Of a stretch of DNA of 64,000 nucleotides, positions 1-64,000 are shown one piece after another. The translations under genes and the position numbers were made by a program. This stretch comes from Eledone cirrhosa (taxonomy: Eukaryota). The number at the start of each line of letters is the position of its first letter. Within the stretch, counting starts at the first letter, position 1. The stretch is from NCBI GenBank assembly GCA_964016885.1, contig OZ024743.1, positions 283,712,001-283,776,000 of the forward strand. The letters are read 5' to 3'. Under the pieces are notes generated by a model. It searched no databases and had not been told where the DNA came from. It saw only the letters and a list, made by a program, of their open reading frames with translations.

Positions 1-833
1 CACAAGCAACTGGAACACTGAACACCAAGTCTGCACTGACTCTATAAACAAGAATCTTGAAAGCTTCCTCTAATGGTGACATGCTAACATTGTCTGTTTG
101 GAGAGCAAAAAGCACAAGCTCAGCTCATATCAAGAAAACATCATTGTACCTTACCTCCCTTAAGCATGAAGAGAATGCAATAGATTAAAGAGGGCTTGCA
201 AGGGCCATGGACACTGTCCAATCCTCCAGAGATAGCAAGTAAAATACACAAACACACACGTCATCATTATTTTGTTGCTGCTTTTTTTTTCATACAGGCA
301 TAAATTGGTTATGTCATTAGAGTCTAAGTCACAACTTATTTGGAGTTAAAGCCCTCCTCCTAAATAGGTTAGGGAACATGTCTCACATATCTGACATGGT
401 TTTTACCCTTAAATGAACCTTACCCTACCCCTTGTTTTTTTTTCCAGCTTCTTCTCTCTGCTAACTCCACTCAGATTTCTTCTCTAATGAACAACTAATG
501 TCCAATACATTGAAGACATGCCTTTTTCAATTTTATACAAGTGTGAATCTAATAATACTTTTTGTAATTGTTCTGCATGTTTGTTTTCTTCTTTAACCTT
601 GCACTATATATATATGCATGTGGAGGGAGGTTATTCTGGAAAAGACCTGTCCAACCCATATAAGCATGGAAAATGGACCTAAAAAGGATAATGATGATAT
701 AAAGTGTTTGTGGTACGGAGACCACGAAGACCATAAATCAGAGTAGGGAGTTGGTATAGTAATTAGTAAAGTCCCAATGGAGGCCCAATTCATTGACATT
801 TTACTAATTACTATATGTGTGTATGTATGTATG

Positions 834-872
<39 letters not shown>

Positions 873-873
<1 letters not shown>

Positions 874-1335
874 CATCATCATCATCATTTTAACATCTTT
901 TTTCCCAGCTAGCAAGGGTTGGACAGTTCTACATAGACTGTCAGTACTGAAGCAGAGCCACTGATCTCCTAAGCAGGCCAGGGATTTGTGACTCGCTTTA
1001 TGTACAGTCGACACTCCACTGAGTGCACAGGAGAAGTTGTCATGTCTTTGACACAACTGAAGGTCCTCCTGACGCTTTTGGCAAGCTTTCTATGGCTGGA
1101 TGCTCTTCCTATCACCAACCACTTTACAACATGTACTGGGAGCGTTTATCATCATTGTAGATCACCAAATACTAGGGAGGCTGTCATGTCATTGACATGA
1201 CTGATTGGTCCTCCCAACCCTTTGTTTGTTTAGCCCTCTATTGCTGAATGCCCTTGCCATCACCAACTGCTTCACAGGAGAGGATGACAGCTGCTAGGAA
1301 TGGGAGGGGCATCTACTTTACAGAGTGTACTGGAT
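873..1335 (-). mobile_element. Non-autonomous retroposon made of ~140-bp unit repeats and an RTE-like tail
   Basis: Colinear with 32982-33460; (CAT)n tail on +. Confidence 0.7.
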
Positions 1336-2235
1336 GTACATTACCTCTGGTCTGTCTGAAGAGGTTTCATAATAAAATGTACCTGGTACACTGGTGCCTT
1401 GGGAGTGTGTGCACACACATATGAGATACAGGCCCCGAGGCCTGTTTGTGATGATCCTCCCAACCCTTACTAACAGGGAAAATGGACGTTAAATGATGAT
1501 GCTTTATAATAAATCAAATAGAATTCAAAGGGCTCATGAATATTAAATACATGCAACATTATTGCTTTCAGCTAAATTTCTCTTGGATGTTTTAATATAG
1601 TATTATTGCCCCTTTCATAACCCCAAGGATTTTTGTAAGCTTTCCTTCTAAAAAGAAATTCTCTTCAAGATGCTTTGTTTTCGACAATAACAAACAATTG
1701 AATTCTAAAGACAACCATTTATATGCTACTTCATCAGAGTTTTTCTGTTGGAGAAACAAAAGTCTATGCTGGATCTACTTGCCTTCTTCACAAGACATAG
1801 AGTAATGAAATTTTTAGTTTTCCATTGTAATTTACCAACATTGTATAAGGTTTTATGAAATAGCTCCATTTTTAGTACAAGAAACAAAAAAAAAAAAAAT
1901 AATGGCGATAAGTATCCTGAAAGAAAAATTCATACATAAAGACTTGAGCAAAGTGAAGGGGAAAAATCTTAGAAGTTGGAAGAAATTATTTTGAAGGACA
2001 CTTTAGTTTGTGTTTTCTATGTAACCTACCTTGTTTTGTTTTGTATTGCTTTTTCAGGTGTATATATATATATATTAGTAACACACATTGTGATGGAACA
2101 CGGGTAGATTGGGGATGTTTAAATAATTACTAAGGATATGTTAAGGTTGATTCTATACAAAGAAACTAAGATTTTGAGTGTGTGTGTGTTTGTTTTATAA
2201 TATATAATGTATTTTGTTGGTGTCTTTTTATATAG

Positions 2236-2396
2236 GAACTCCAATTTTCTGTCATTCCGACAAACGGCCAGTCAGCATGGTAGCCGACATGAAGTTTCTC
2301 CAGACCAGACATTGGAACAAACTCATTGTGGTTCAAACACCACTAGCACCAGTGGACGAAAACGACTGTGGCCGGCGCCACAGCCTCGTTACATAG
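2236..2396 (+). CDS. Probable last coding exon of an unidentified plus-strand gene that begins upstream of the window (TPIFCHSDKRPVSM...GRRHSLVT*)
   Basis: tctttttatatag acceptor followed by a locally GC/CpG-richer open stretch ending in TAG, then UTR-like sequence. An alternative frame (ORF to 2467) cannot be excluded. Confidence 0.5.
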
Positions 2397-5300
2397 GATC
2401 AAAACTGCAGGTACCTTGTAATGACAGACGACAGGTTGTTTCCATGACTACTCACCTGATGCCATGACATGCTAAAATGAAACACTCAGCTTGCTTAAAA
2501 CTCTCTCCTTCCAGTCAACAAAGCAGAACCTCTTTAAAAAATACATTTTTAATGTCACAGAATGGTTGTACAAATAAGAGAGAGGCTGAGGAAATAATGT
2601 ATCCAAAGCAAGCAGATAAAAAATCGTTTCTGAGGTCTCTCTCTACTCTTATTTTCTTATTCCCCCCTCCCCTCCAATCAAAAAAAAAAAAAAAAAGAAA
2701 AAAGAATGTATGAATTACAAATGTTTCCATTTTCACTAGAAGTGAAATATTAAAAAAGAGAATCCACAATTACAATGCAATAAAATAAACTCACTGAAAT
2801 AATTCAGTCACAGTATGCAATGAGATAGACTAAAACATTTCACCACCCGATATTAAAACAGACGCTGCCATTATTTTAAAAATAATTAATCAATTCATAT
2901 GCAATTTTTTGTAAATATTGATCTCTCTCTCCAATCTTTCAAAACTGACTGTGTTGTGCTCACTCACTTGTATTTAATTGATTACCTCAATCAAGTGAGT
3001 GTTGTATATTCTTTGCCATAACAGACATTTTCCAAACTCTTCTACTCTTCAAAATTGAAGAAGGAAGAGGAAAGAAAGACAAGATTTCATCGTTTCTCAC
3101 AAACATACATCCTGAATACATCAGGCCAAATACTAACTTGTACAACATACTATCATTAAACACTGTTTTCAGAGGTGCCTGTAGTATCTTGAATTCAAAT
3201 TATGGACAGAGCTAAATGCTCTTAAGTAATAATATTAATACTAATAATAATAATAATAGTTAAAGCCTGCCATTTTGAGACCTAGACAGTCTCATTAACA
3301 TCATTATTCCTACTTGTCATTTTCTTCATGCGAAAGGAATCAAAAAAGGGGAAAAATACACTTGATTTTTTTCTTGTATTCAATTGTACACAGCTGTTAT
3401 GTGATGTACACTCATTTACAATAAGACAGGGAAAAATCCGTTACCATTCACTCCCCCACTTTTTTTACTGTTTATATTGTTGGCATTTTTATTTTCTGAA
3501 AACAAATATAGCTGATCCATTTTAAATCCCAAGGATCTGTAGGGGTCAATGCTCAACACCTGTTTCTATGATGTTAGACAGATGAGAGATAAATCTCATC
3601 TTGGATAGAATGTCGGTTTTATTGTTAATAATGTAACTGAATGCTGTTCTTCAAGTCAACAAATTACTGGTCAGTTCTGTAATACTACAACTATATACAT
3701 CAGTGATTTAATCCCCTGTGGTACCACTTTACAGTTACTTGAATTGGGTTATGGAGAGTTAAGTGACACAATGCAGTATTGAATTACCAATCCCTTCATA
3801 CTTGAAACCCTGTCAACTCAGTCGTTCACTAACTTTAAACGAAGAACAAATCTCATCCAGGATAATATGTTAATCTGTTGCTGGTAACTTCTCTAATATG
3901 TACTTAATATGCAACAAGTACATTTAGGTTAAACAAATAGATTCTCAGAAACAATTAAATTTGAGCTCATCACCCATGTTTTAGTGGTCTGATACCATTC
4001 CCCCAACCATTTCTGCAATACTGACAAGAAAGAAATCATGTTTTGTTATCCCAAGGCAGCTATGCACTTGAAAACAAGAAAGAAAACATAAAAAAAAATA
4101 TTTACATCAAAAGACAGAATTCTCATGACTTCTTCAGTGAAATTCTTGAATGACTTTAACAGCTTTTTTTTTTTTTGTTTATTTATCTGACTTATGAAAA
4201 CAGTTGTGATTTTTAGTTTTATATCCAAAACTCTTGCCCATGTTCCGAAATCCATTAAGATTCTAAAATTTATTCAGGAATCTTTTCTTTTACCATTATT
4301 ATATGGCAGAAATGGTATTGCATTAGGATCTGGAACACTGCAAGTTTTGACCACTTTTATAGACACCTTAATGCACATGGGGAAAAAAGACATGAACACA
4401 ACTTCCTATGTATAATTTTAAAAATACTGCAAGTTATAAAAAATGTTATTCTATGTACCTGAAAATGTCAGCTAAAACAGCTTACTATTACTACTACTAC
4501 TACTAATAATAATAATAATTCCTTATATCTTAAATGATCTAATTACATGATGAGACTTTTTAGTTTTAACCATACTCAACACATTGAATTTCAAGGTAAG
4601 GACAATGGTTGTATAATTGACAAGTTGTTTATTAGCTTTCAATAATGGGTTTAAATTTCATTCAGATCCAGTTAAATGTTTAATCTTCTGGAATTGATAA
4701 GGAATAAATATTTGTCCTACACACTGGTGCAATAAATACATCAACCTTTTTCCCTCTTTCACTCTATGAGCAAATAGTTTTAATGCATCATCTGATGTCA
4801 TTACACAGTATTTTCCTCTTCCTTTCACTAACAATATTTCTTGTTTAGCATCTGCAACCATCCTCTTTTCTTTCCCCTATGCATCAGGGACCCCATTATC
4901 TAATGTACCCTTTATTATTATAACCAGAAGACTAATTCAAAGGAGATTTAAATGCAGGCCAAATGACTACATAGACTACCTTATTTTCATTGTTTACTAC
5001 AGCTCCCGGAGTAGTAGATGAGTACCAGAGCTTATCTGTTGAGAAACAGATACTCCTTCTCTGAGATAGGATCATTCAAAGTTTGCTCAATTCTATACTG
5101 TGTTATTTGACCCAGTACTCTAAGCTAATTAACATGTCAATCAAAATAGTTACTCTAGTATCTCCTGTTGTGAACTGTATCATTTCATGCTACCTATTTA
5201 TTTGTCACAAACAGTGCAGCACTGGTGACAGGTGGAGATATTGCAGCTATCAAATCCTATCATAAAAGAGCGTGACAAGTGGAGAGATGCTGTGCTGAGA

Positions 5301-7919
5301 AAGACCCGTTTGGCCCATGCCAGTGTGAAACATTGGATGTAAAATGATGAATCCTACATTTTTGTGTCAACTGTAGACACTTATTAGAATAGTGTAAAAT
5401 ATATATTTAACACTTTAGATCTGATGTGACCCACTCTTTCAAAGTTGAGGAAAACTTTATAGAATAATTAAGCCAGGTTTTGGTTTCTCCCATCTTCATT
5501 GTTGAGGGTCAGGGTCCATGGACAACTGTACCAATGCTGTACGTCTATGATTCTCATCGGGAAAAAAAGTAACGGCGAGTCCTGAATCCACATTTAATCA
5601 TTACTTGGAAGCTGATTACTGAGCTGCAGCTCATCCATCTTCATCACAAGGATAAAGCCATTGGCCACTTGAAAGGTTGTCACCAAAGCGACTAAGGAGT
5701 CCCATCTACTCCAATTTTGAAATCAGTGATCCTTCTCGTAGACAGACAGCGAACCAAGGCTAATAAGCTGTTTTTGCACACTGGATGGCCATTGATTAAC
5801 CTGAGTTTGTACACCTTTTACAGGTTTCGTTTTCATTGTCCAAAAGTCACCTGTTTCACTAAGTAAGCTTAGTGGGGTTGCTGGTTTAGCCACTGACAGG
5901 TTGTACAGGGTTACATAAATTAATTAATCGACCATTCACAAGAAAGTATTTCTAATAGGGCAGTGGAGTTTCAAAATCAGAAGAATACCCGACTAAACTC
6001 TTTGTGATACTTACTTCATCTTTTTATGATGTCTTAGCTAGAACTAGCATATTATAAAGGCAACTTTATTAGCAAGTGTTTTATTGCTGTAAAATTAACA
6101 TACTGGGATTGATTTAATTGACCAATATTCTTTTCCCATCACTTAGTGAATATTTTCTATAGTTAGATTATTATTAGTGAACTTGTGATCCACTATGCTG
6201 GTTTCTGTAGCAATAAGTAAAGAAACACGTTTATCCCATCACATGATTATTCTGATGAGTAGAATTGAAATAAGCATTGCTTATAAATTTACAAAATCGC
6301 TGTTTCTGGCAAAATTCAATGGATTGGCAGAATCAGTGTTGGATAAAAATACAACTTGTTACCAATATTTAGTTGCAACATTTTATATCTGAGTTTTAAT
6401 CCTGCCAAGGTTGCCTCTGCCTTTCATCCTTCCTAGTTTGATAATATAAGTACTGGTTAAGAGTAGGGTGGGTGATTGCAATGTTTTCCATCTCAAAAAA
6501 TGTGTGGCCCTGTGCATTAGAAATTAACTTACAAAGCTGCTGTTTTATAGTACACTATACAGTAATATCTATATTCAGCATGGTGGATTGGTGATTGAAA
6601 GCTGAAATATAATCACACTGTTGGTGACAAGATACAAACCATTGAACTCTCCACTTATTTATACTTTCATATAGTAGTTGTTTTGAATGGGCAATGGCAT
6701 AGCAGGATTTCTAGATGAGATATAAGTCCCATCTTACTCTTGTGCAAAAGATTTGGAAACATAGTTATTGTCATAGTCTCGACTGATATGTATATCATAA
6801 GGCAGTCATTCAAATGCTGGGAACAACTAATCTGTCCAACATGCCAGTAGGGAGTCCATCATGTCAATTTAGATACAACTCTCTGTCCATCTGGTCTTTA
6901 TTGGTAAAATGCATGCTGCCTTAAAATAAATGGTTCTTAATTTAAAGACAATAGGGAAATTTGGATGCTACACTGGGCAGATGAAGTAACTGCACAGAAG
7001 CTTCCCACAATGGATTGTTTATTTGTTAGCTGTTCAATTAAGTACTTTTTTAATGTCTAACTGCAATGACAATCAGATGGTGGGTTTAAAAAAAATATAA
7101 TAAAAAACAAATATGGTACATTTTACACTATCCAATTTCTCTCTTTGGCAGAGCAAGAAGATAAAGAAGAATAGATACATGAAGTTTAAAAGCTTTAATT
7201 AGTCATCTTTAACAACCCATGTAATTCTTTTTTCTTTACATCAAACAGAGGTTCATCATTCATAAAACACACATACATTCACTCTCTCTGCTTCTTAAAA
7301 GATATCAATCGAGCCCTAATTTCACATTTGAATCATTCTGCTGTTTATATTTTTTTAATTAACCTGTAGAACTTTCAGTAGGTGTCACTAGAACAGCAAG
7401 AAAAATTCTAACATCTGATATTTCCAGTAATATTTTATGTTGAAGTCCTTCATGTTATTTAAGATGAGAATGGCTTGCATATAACATTTTTTTAAAGACA
7501 GTAATTTATTTATTTATTTATTTAATTTTTACTAATAAAGCTCAGATTTTTGCCTCAGGAGTTTTGGACATTGATTTAATTAAATGGACTGAAAATTCTA
7601 AATTGTGAAATGAATTTTTTTTTTTTTTAAAGATACACTTCCAGAATTTTGTCCAGAGCCCAGTTTTATATTTCTGTATATTTACAAAAAGAAATTGTAT
7701 ATATATTCCAGCAAATATTACTCAATATCTTTCTAGTCACACAAGTTTAATCAAAATTCAAGTCTGATGCACCATCAATTCACATTAAAAACTAGATTTT
7801 TTTTTTTTTTTTTTTTTTTTGATTGGAAGGGTGTAAAATTGACACAAGTAATTTTACAAATTGTGCAAAGCCTGAGCAATTGTCTGTACATGGTTTAAGT
7901 CATGCTTTCTGTTAATAAT

Positions 7920-7925
7920 AATAAA
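7920..7925 (+). promoter_or_regulatory. Candidate distal polyadenylation signal of the plus-strand gene
   Basis: AATAAA, then ATTAAA and a T/GT-rich downstream tract, ending a T-rich UTR-like region with overlapping ATTTA pentamers at 7504-7524. Confidence 0.3.
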
Positions 7926-9071
7926 AGAATCCATTAAACTTATTGTATACAGTTTACTGATCCCTTTTGTTTTCCCAATTCCATCAAACAAGACATCCTT
8001 CAATCTGATTGCAGCTGTAATTTATGGCTTTACACTTTGAAATCCTTGTGGACAAAATTTCAAATATTTTTTTAAGAAAATAAATTAGAAATCTTATTTA
8101 GTGAGTTTGTTCTTTTTTTCTGTTTGATTTTTGTTTCTAGACCAGTCTTAATGAGGTGAGAGCCAACACAACAGGTGGCTTAGAGGGGATTTACTCTTCT
8201 AAACCATCACTATCTTGCATACACAGGGAAAAACAGAAAATGAAAATGTTTAATCAATTTGTTTTGCAGTGGTTTGAGCATGATACCATTTGAGGATAAA
8301 CTTAAGAACTATACTGATATATAACACTGAAGACATTTAGCTTTCCCTATTTGTTTGGTTGTTTTTCCACTTTAGAGGGGAAGAGTATAGAGCTAAAAAT
8401 ACCTACTGCTCTACATACAACTTTACTTTAATGTTTGGTCATTTGGTCTGGTACTAGAACCAAAGCATGAATATAACAAATTTAACATAAAGAGTGCAAT
8501 CCTTCATTTAGTTATTCCATAGTAATGATGAATCATACAGATTTAAGCTTACTTGGGATGGTTGATATTCGTAATGTATGCCAACAGTCTCTTCACCTAA
8601 CCCCTTACTTAAGAAAATTTAGAGATATATGTAAATTGCAAATAAATAAATTCTCTCTTGGCTATACTGTGCTTCTTATCTGCAAACTTATTTAAACAGT
8701 TAACAGATAGCTGAATTTCCAAATAGAGAATTGCCTAGAATTTGTTACTTGTAACAAATATACATAATTACTTTATCTCAGGACATAGATTGAAAAGAAA
8801 TACTGTGGAACTTTTTATAGGTTATTGGGTCACTACCTTAATCCTCGTTTTTATGAATGTATATCAAGAGCAAGTCAGCCTGACAGGAAATTGCAGGTAC
8901 AAAGACTCAACAAGGAATTGTTTGCCAGGAGCTTACCACCACTCTTGTAATTATACAATATATTTAGTTAACCACCAACTAATATCTTTCAATACATTAA
9001 TGCGAGAATAGAGAAGTAAATTTTGAATCACGAAGTAGAAAAATTCCCTTATAGCTAAAATTGTAGTAGGA

Positions 9072-9137
9072 TTTTCATAGCACAACTATGAAAACTTAAA
9101 TACAACTTGATACTTTGAGTATCAAGTTGTATTTAAG
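9072..9137. repeat. Two abutting perfect hairpins (9-bp and 20-bp stems)
   Basis: ttttcatag-cacaa-ctatgaaaa then cttaaatacaacttgatact-ttg-agtatcaagttgtatttaag. Confidence 0.93.
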
Positions 9138-9931
9138 GCACCCCCCCAAAACTTTTCCAAGTAAAGAAAATGCAACGGAAGAACAATCAGCTAAGCTGTA
9201 ATTCTAAACATAAAGATTAATAATGTTTAAAATAGTTGCTAGAATTGACAGGCTAGAGATGGCCTGTGTTGGCACAATTTGGAAATAACATAAATAGAAG
9301 AAAAGGGTTCTGCTTGAAAGTGTAGAGATTTTAGCTTTCAAGTGGGAAGAGTATTTGTAGTCACCGATATTGTGATGACCCCATTAGTGGGAATGTAACA
9401 GCAAAGTGTAAGCTAATGGGGTTGTCAGAGTTACTGGTACAATGTGACAGAGGTGTCATAACATTCATCATAAAATCCACAACTCCTCAAAAGGGGCTGG
9501 ATGTGCAATTACAAGTTCTATTAAAAGTAGGGTATTCTGAGTAGTAAATTGAGGTTTTGAATGTGATTTATACTATGGAACCAAGCTACTACCCACCCTC
9601 TACCCTAGGAGAATGGAATGAATTAGTTGAATCACAGGGATTAAGAAAATATACAATTGAGTAGAAAAAAAACAACTAGGTTGCTTAAATGAACGTAATT
9701 AAATCTCTTTTGGGTAAGAAAGTAACAAAAGAAAAAAAATATTTTTTTTTAAATTAGCAAGCTTGGAATTTTAGTGAGTTGTTATTAAAATAATGAAGTA
9801 TTGAACCTCTTTCTACCAAAATCCCAGCATGTTCCTTTGTTGGCACGAACATGAAAGTCAGTACAGCAAACAATACCAACTGTATTATTAGGAACAAGAT
9901 TATCTATAAATGGAATATAGAAAACCACATT

Positions 9932-9962
<31 letters not shown>

Positions 9963-11266
9963 GTTGCTTCTCAGAATTCTTAGAGTAGTAAGAGGCAAGT
10001 GGTTGGCAACAGTCAGATACTAGTATAGGCCCACTCTGATATTCATTCTTTAGTAAAGATACCTTGTTTATTTCTCAAAGGTAGGGGAAGCAGGTGTAGA
10101 CATAGTTTTCATGGCAGAATTATAAAGTAATTCAGTATTCTGCTTTCTTTTGTTTGTTTTTTGCTTTGTACCAATCTGAGGAATGGTAAACAGCATCAGT
10201 TGGTTTATCACACGGAATCCTGACCACATCTGAACAGAAGTCCTTTAAAGTGGAATATAGCATAAATCTATTTTCTCCCTTTTTTTTTGTATTATACAAC
10301 CAACTTACTTTTACAGTAAGGAGTGAACCTGCTATTTATGATGCTTATTCAGAAAGCACACCAAATAGGATCTGGGTTAGCACCAAACATTTTAAAGGTT
10401 CCCTGTTACACAGTAAGTCTTCAAACTGCAAATAGAGAGGTTCTAATTTATAAAAAAGTTTTTTAACTCTTTTTTCTCACACATAAATATACATTATATA
10501 TTCTCTCTATTGCCCTTTGCTCTCACGATCTTACATACATTCAGTTTTGAGCAAATCACACACGCACACACACACACACATACATACATACACATTTATA
10601 ATAATAAAGATTAAATTTTAAAAATCTCAAAATCGCTTCCCTCCTCCACTCCAATATTGATTTAAAAGTCATTAAACAGTTAGAAAGAAAAAAAAACATC
10701 ATGAGATTTAAAGAAGAAATAAAAATCAAACATTGGCAGCGAAGTAAAAAGTTCACCAGTTTCAACAATGTTCTTTGTTTCAGATTCTCAGATTTGAAAC
10801 ACAAAATACAGAAATTGAAACACATACACACAGACTTGAACATATAAATACATACAACCACACACACACACACCAAGTAGAACACATCCATACAGAGTCT
10901 CTTCAGCAACAATAAGGCCGTTGTATAGAACCAAGCAGTAATATGAGATCTTATCAGGGAAGAACTCAGTCTATCAAATTCATTCACATAAAACAACATC
11001 AAAGTTTTTATTTTGTTGATTTGTGTCATGTCTTTCTACTTTTTTTCTTTTTATTTCAGTGTTGTTCAGTGTAATGAAGATGATAATGATGATGACAATG
11101 ATAATGTTGATGACGATGATGATGATGATGATGAAGGTGGTGAAAATGATTAATAAGTCTTGATTGGGAATGGATGGAAGAGTGGGAAGAGATATGCTAA
11201 ATCAACACCTGACACTGACAAGAAATATGTTGTTATAGCTACGGCCAGCCGTTTCAGATAAGGGAG

Positions 11267-61790
<50,524 letters not shown>

Positions 61791-62419
61791 CTTTAGTGAG
61801 GGCTAACTGCAGTGAACAGCTATAAACTGTTCATGAATGAAAACAAGCAAAAATAGAATAAAAATTTGAATTATGTGACCATACATATATGACAAAGAAT
61901 GGGCACAAGTTGGATATAAAATAGTAGAATTTTTACATTGTGTGCCATCCAATAAGAAACAGTTTGGGCTACATTATGTGAAACTTCTATGAAGTTTGTC
62001 TAAGACTGTTAAGCCTAGTATTTCAATGAAGTATGAAAGTTTTTGAGACGTATCCTGTACACTGGAAAATTGATGCCTACATCAATAAAGGAAAAAACTA
62101 GCCCTTGAACAACTGACTACTTCTTTATTTTGGAGAATATGCTATTGCAATCCATAATCAGGAAATAGATCTAATATTTTTCTTCTGAACAAAAGGATTC
62201 CCTTAAAATCAAACACCCGTCTAAACCCATGCTAGCATGGAAGATAGACGTTAAACAATGATGATAACATGTAAACTGAAATATTCAGTGTCCAGCAGAA
62301 AGAAGTGCTTAAAGTAATTTTCCATGTTAAAGCAGGGGTTAGCCATGCAGACCCCATGGCAAGCTTCTCTATTTTGTCCTACCATCTGCATTCCCCTTCA
62401 CCAAGCACTTGACTTTCAT

Positions 62420-63560
62420 TTCCCTCTCCATGTCCTTCTTTGTCTTCTTCCTCTATTTCCTTCCATATTCATTTTCATCATTCTTCTAACTCAGTCACTT
62501 CATTCTTCTCCAACATAAGACTCAACCATCTCATTCCATTTCTCTTCAAAACATTCATTACTGGTTCTATTCCCATAATCCTCTACAACTCATGGTCTTC
62601 CTTTCACTGAGCAATACTCCACTCATCCATCAGACCATTTTCATTTCCATAGTTTCCAGCTTTCTCTGCTAATCTACATTCATCACTCATGTCTTATTCC
62701 CATAAATCATGAAACTTCTCACACATGCAGCTTTCCCTTCAGTTTCAGTGGCATTCCTTTCCTCATTTATACATCTCACTGTAGCTACTTTTGCCATGTC
62801 AAATCCACATTTTCCATTCAACATGTCTCCTAGATAACAAAACGTTTTTACATCTATTTCCATACCATTCCCAAGATCCAGCTCAACATCCTCTCTATCT
62901 GCAGTTCCCTCCATACACACCTTACATTTAAATGTAGCTGCTACTTTAATTAATAATCTCTTCAACACCACTACATTTTTTATGTACCTGCCCAATTCAT
63001 ATTGTGCTTCAACACCTTCCTGTACACAGCGACTTTCCTGTTCTTTCCATCTCACCAAATGCTTTACCATTTGCCATCATCTTTGTCTTTCCAATATTCA
63101 TCTTCGCAACTTTTGCACTGATTCATCTTTTCTCTAAGTCCATCCATACTCTCTGCTATTAACACCAGGTCATCTGCATACAGCAAATCCAATGGTAAAA
63201 CCTCCAGTACCCTTTAAGCCAGTACCGCCATCACAACTACAAAAAGTGATGGGTTTAATACTGACTCCTGATGTACTTCAACCTTCACTTTAAACTTGTC
63301 ACTGGTCCCTCTTCTCCTTTAACACTCGTTCCAATATCTTCATTCCATGTTCAAATACCTTAATTGCTCTATACAAGCCAGTGTAGATCACCTTTCACTT
63401 TGTACAGAGGGATGACAGTACACAACTTCCAATCAACTGAGATAGTTTTCTTTCACCACCAACCTACAGATCAGTCATTTTCGCCACAACACAACTTCAA
63501 GCTTCCTTTAACATATCTCCCACAACTCCTATTAGCCCTCTTGCTTTTCAACTCTTTATT
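62420..63560 (-). mobile_element. Old degenerate RTE LINE fragment
   Basis: Remnants FCYLGDML, ACVRSFMIYG and a YADDL-coding stretch (caggtcatctgcata on +). Confidence 0.75.
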
Positions 63561-63631
63561 TTTCCCAATACTTCCTCAACTACTTTCTCAGTTATCTACT
63601 TTGCCAGTCTAAGAATTGGATTACTTGTGGG

Positions 63632-63700
63632 CAGAGGCGTATCTAGGGTATGGCAAGCATGGCACATGCATTGAGCACCACTTGAAAGGGGGCGCCACCT
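63632..63700 (+). mobile_element. Possible left terminus of a hAT-like DNA transposon or MITE
   Basis: CAGAGGCGTATCTAGGG...GGGGGCGCC terminal-type sequence; no partner end seen in the window. Confidence 0.4.
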
Positions 63701-64000
63701 GGACTAAGAGCACTTTCTATTAAAATCAGATAAGCTATTGTCAGAGAGTGAAAAAAGAAACTTCGTCAGATGTATGATCTGTCTTTGATTATCATGAGTG
63801 AGAAACATTATGGTAGCTGGATCCTTAAACCATTTATATAAATTATTAGGCCCATAGGGAAAAATAAAATGCTGGGAATTACATGATCACAGAGGCATAC
63901 CTTCTAGTATGACTTGTCAACTATTTTAATAAGGTTTTAATATTTGTCAAAGATCAGTATTACACAGATCATTTTTGCCAATACTTTACGTATATTTAAG

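Noticed and set aside
2236-2396. EXOSC8, the vertebrate neighbour of SUPT20H
   Set aside because: The peptide shows no resemblance I can recognise to the RNase PH-fold exosome subunit; left unnamed.
9373-9427. SECIS element
   Set aside because: AUGA is present but there is no matching GA on the 3' arm for the non-Watson-Crick quartet.
10556-11029. 157-aa minus-strand ORF
   Set aside because: Lies in the U-rich, GT-repeat 3' UTR of SUPT20H, has biased composition and no motifs.

Overview
AT-rich, intron- and repeat-rich animal DNA, most likely a coleoid cephalopod (octopus-like), judged from the SINE, RTE and Helitron repertoire. Most of the window is one minus-strand gene, an SPT20/SUPT20H homolog (SAGA complex subunit). 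I assembled it by hand as 22 GT-AG coding exons with consistent phases (61790 down to 11267; 2709 nt, 902 aa plus stop). A probable terminal exon of an unidentified plus-strand gene lies at 2236-2396, converging on it. The introns contain a near-full-length but disabled RTE LINE with a PHD-type zinc finger inside its RT, truncated RTE and CR1-like LINEs, tRNA-headed SINEs, MITEs, a Pif1-bearing Helitron relic, and a nested Helitron/27-bp satellite/RTE/Helitron cluster. I found no CRISPR array, operon or clearly new coding system. The most interesting signals are RNA-structural: decayed hammerhead-ribozyme (Penelope-like) motifs, long near-perfect intronic hairpins, and inverted SINEs bracketing a frame-neutral two-exon cassette. 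All coordinates were read by eye, so repeat boundaries are approximate.
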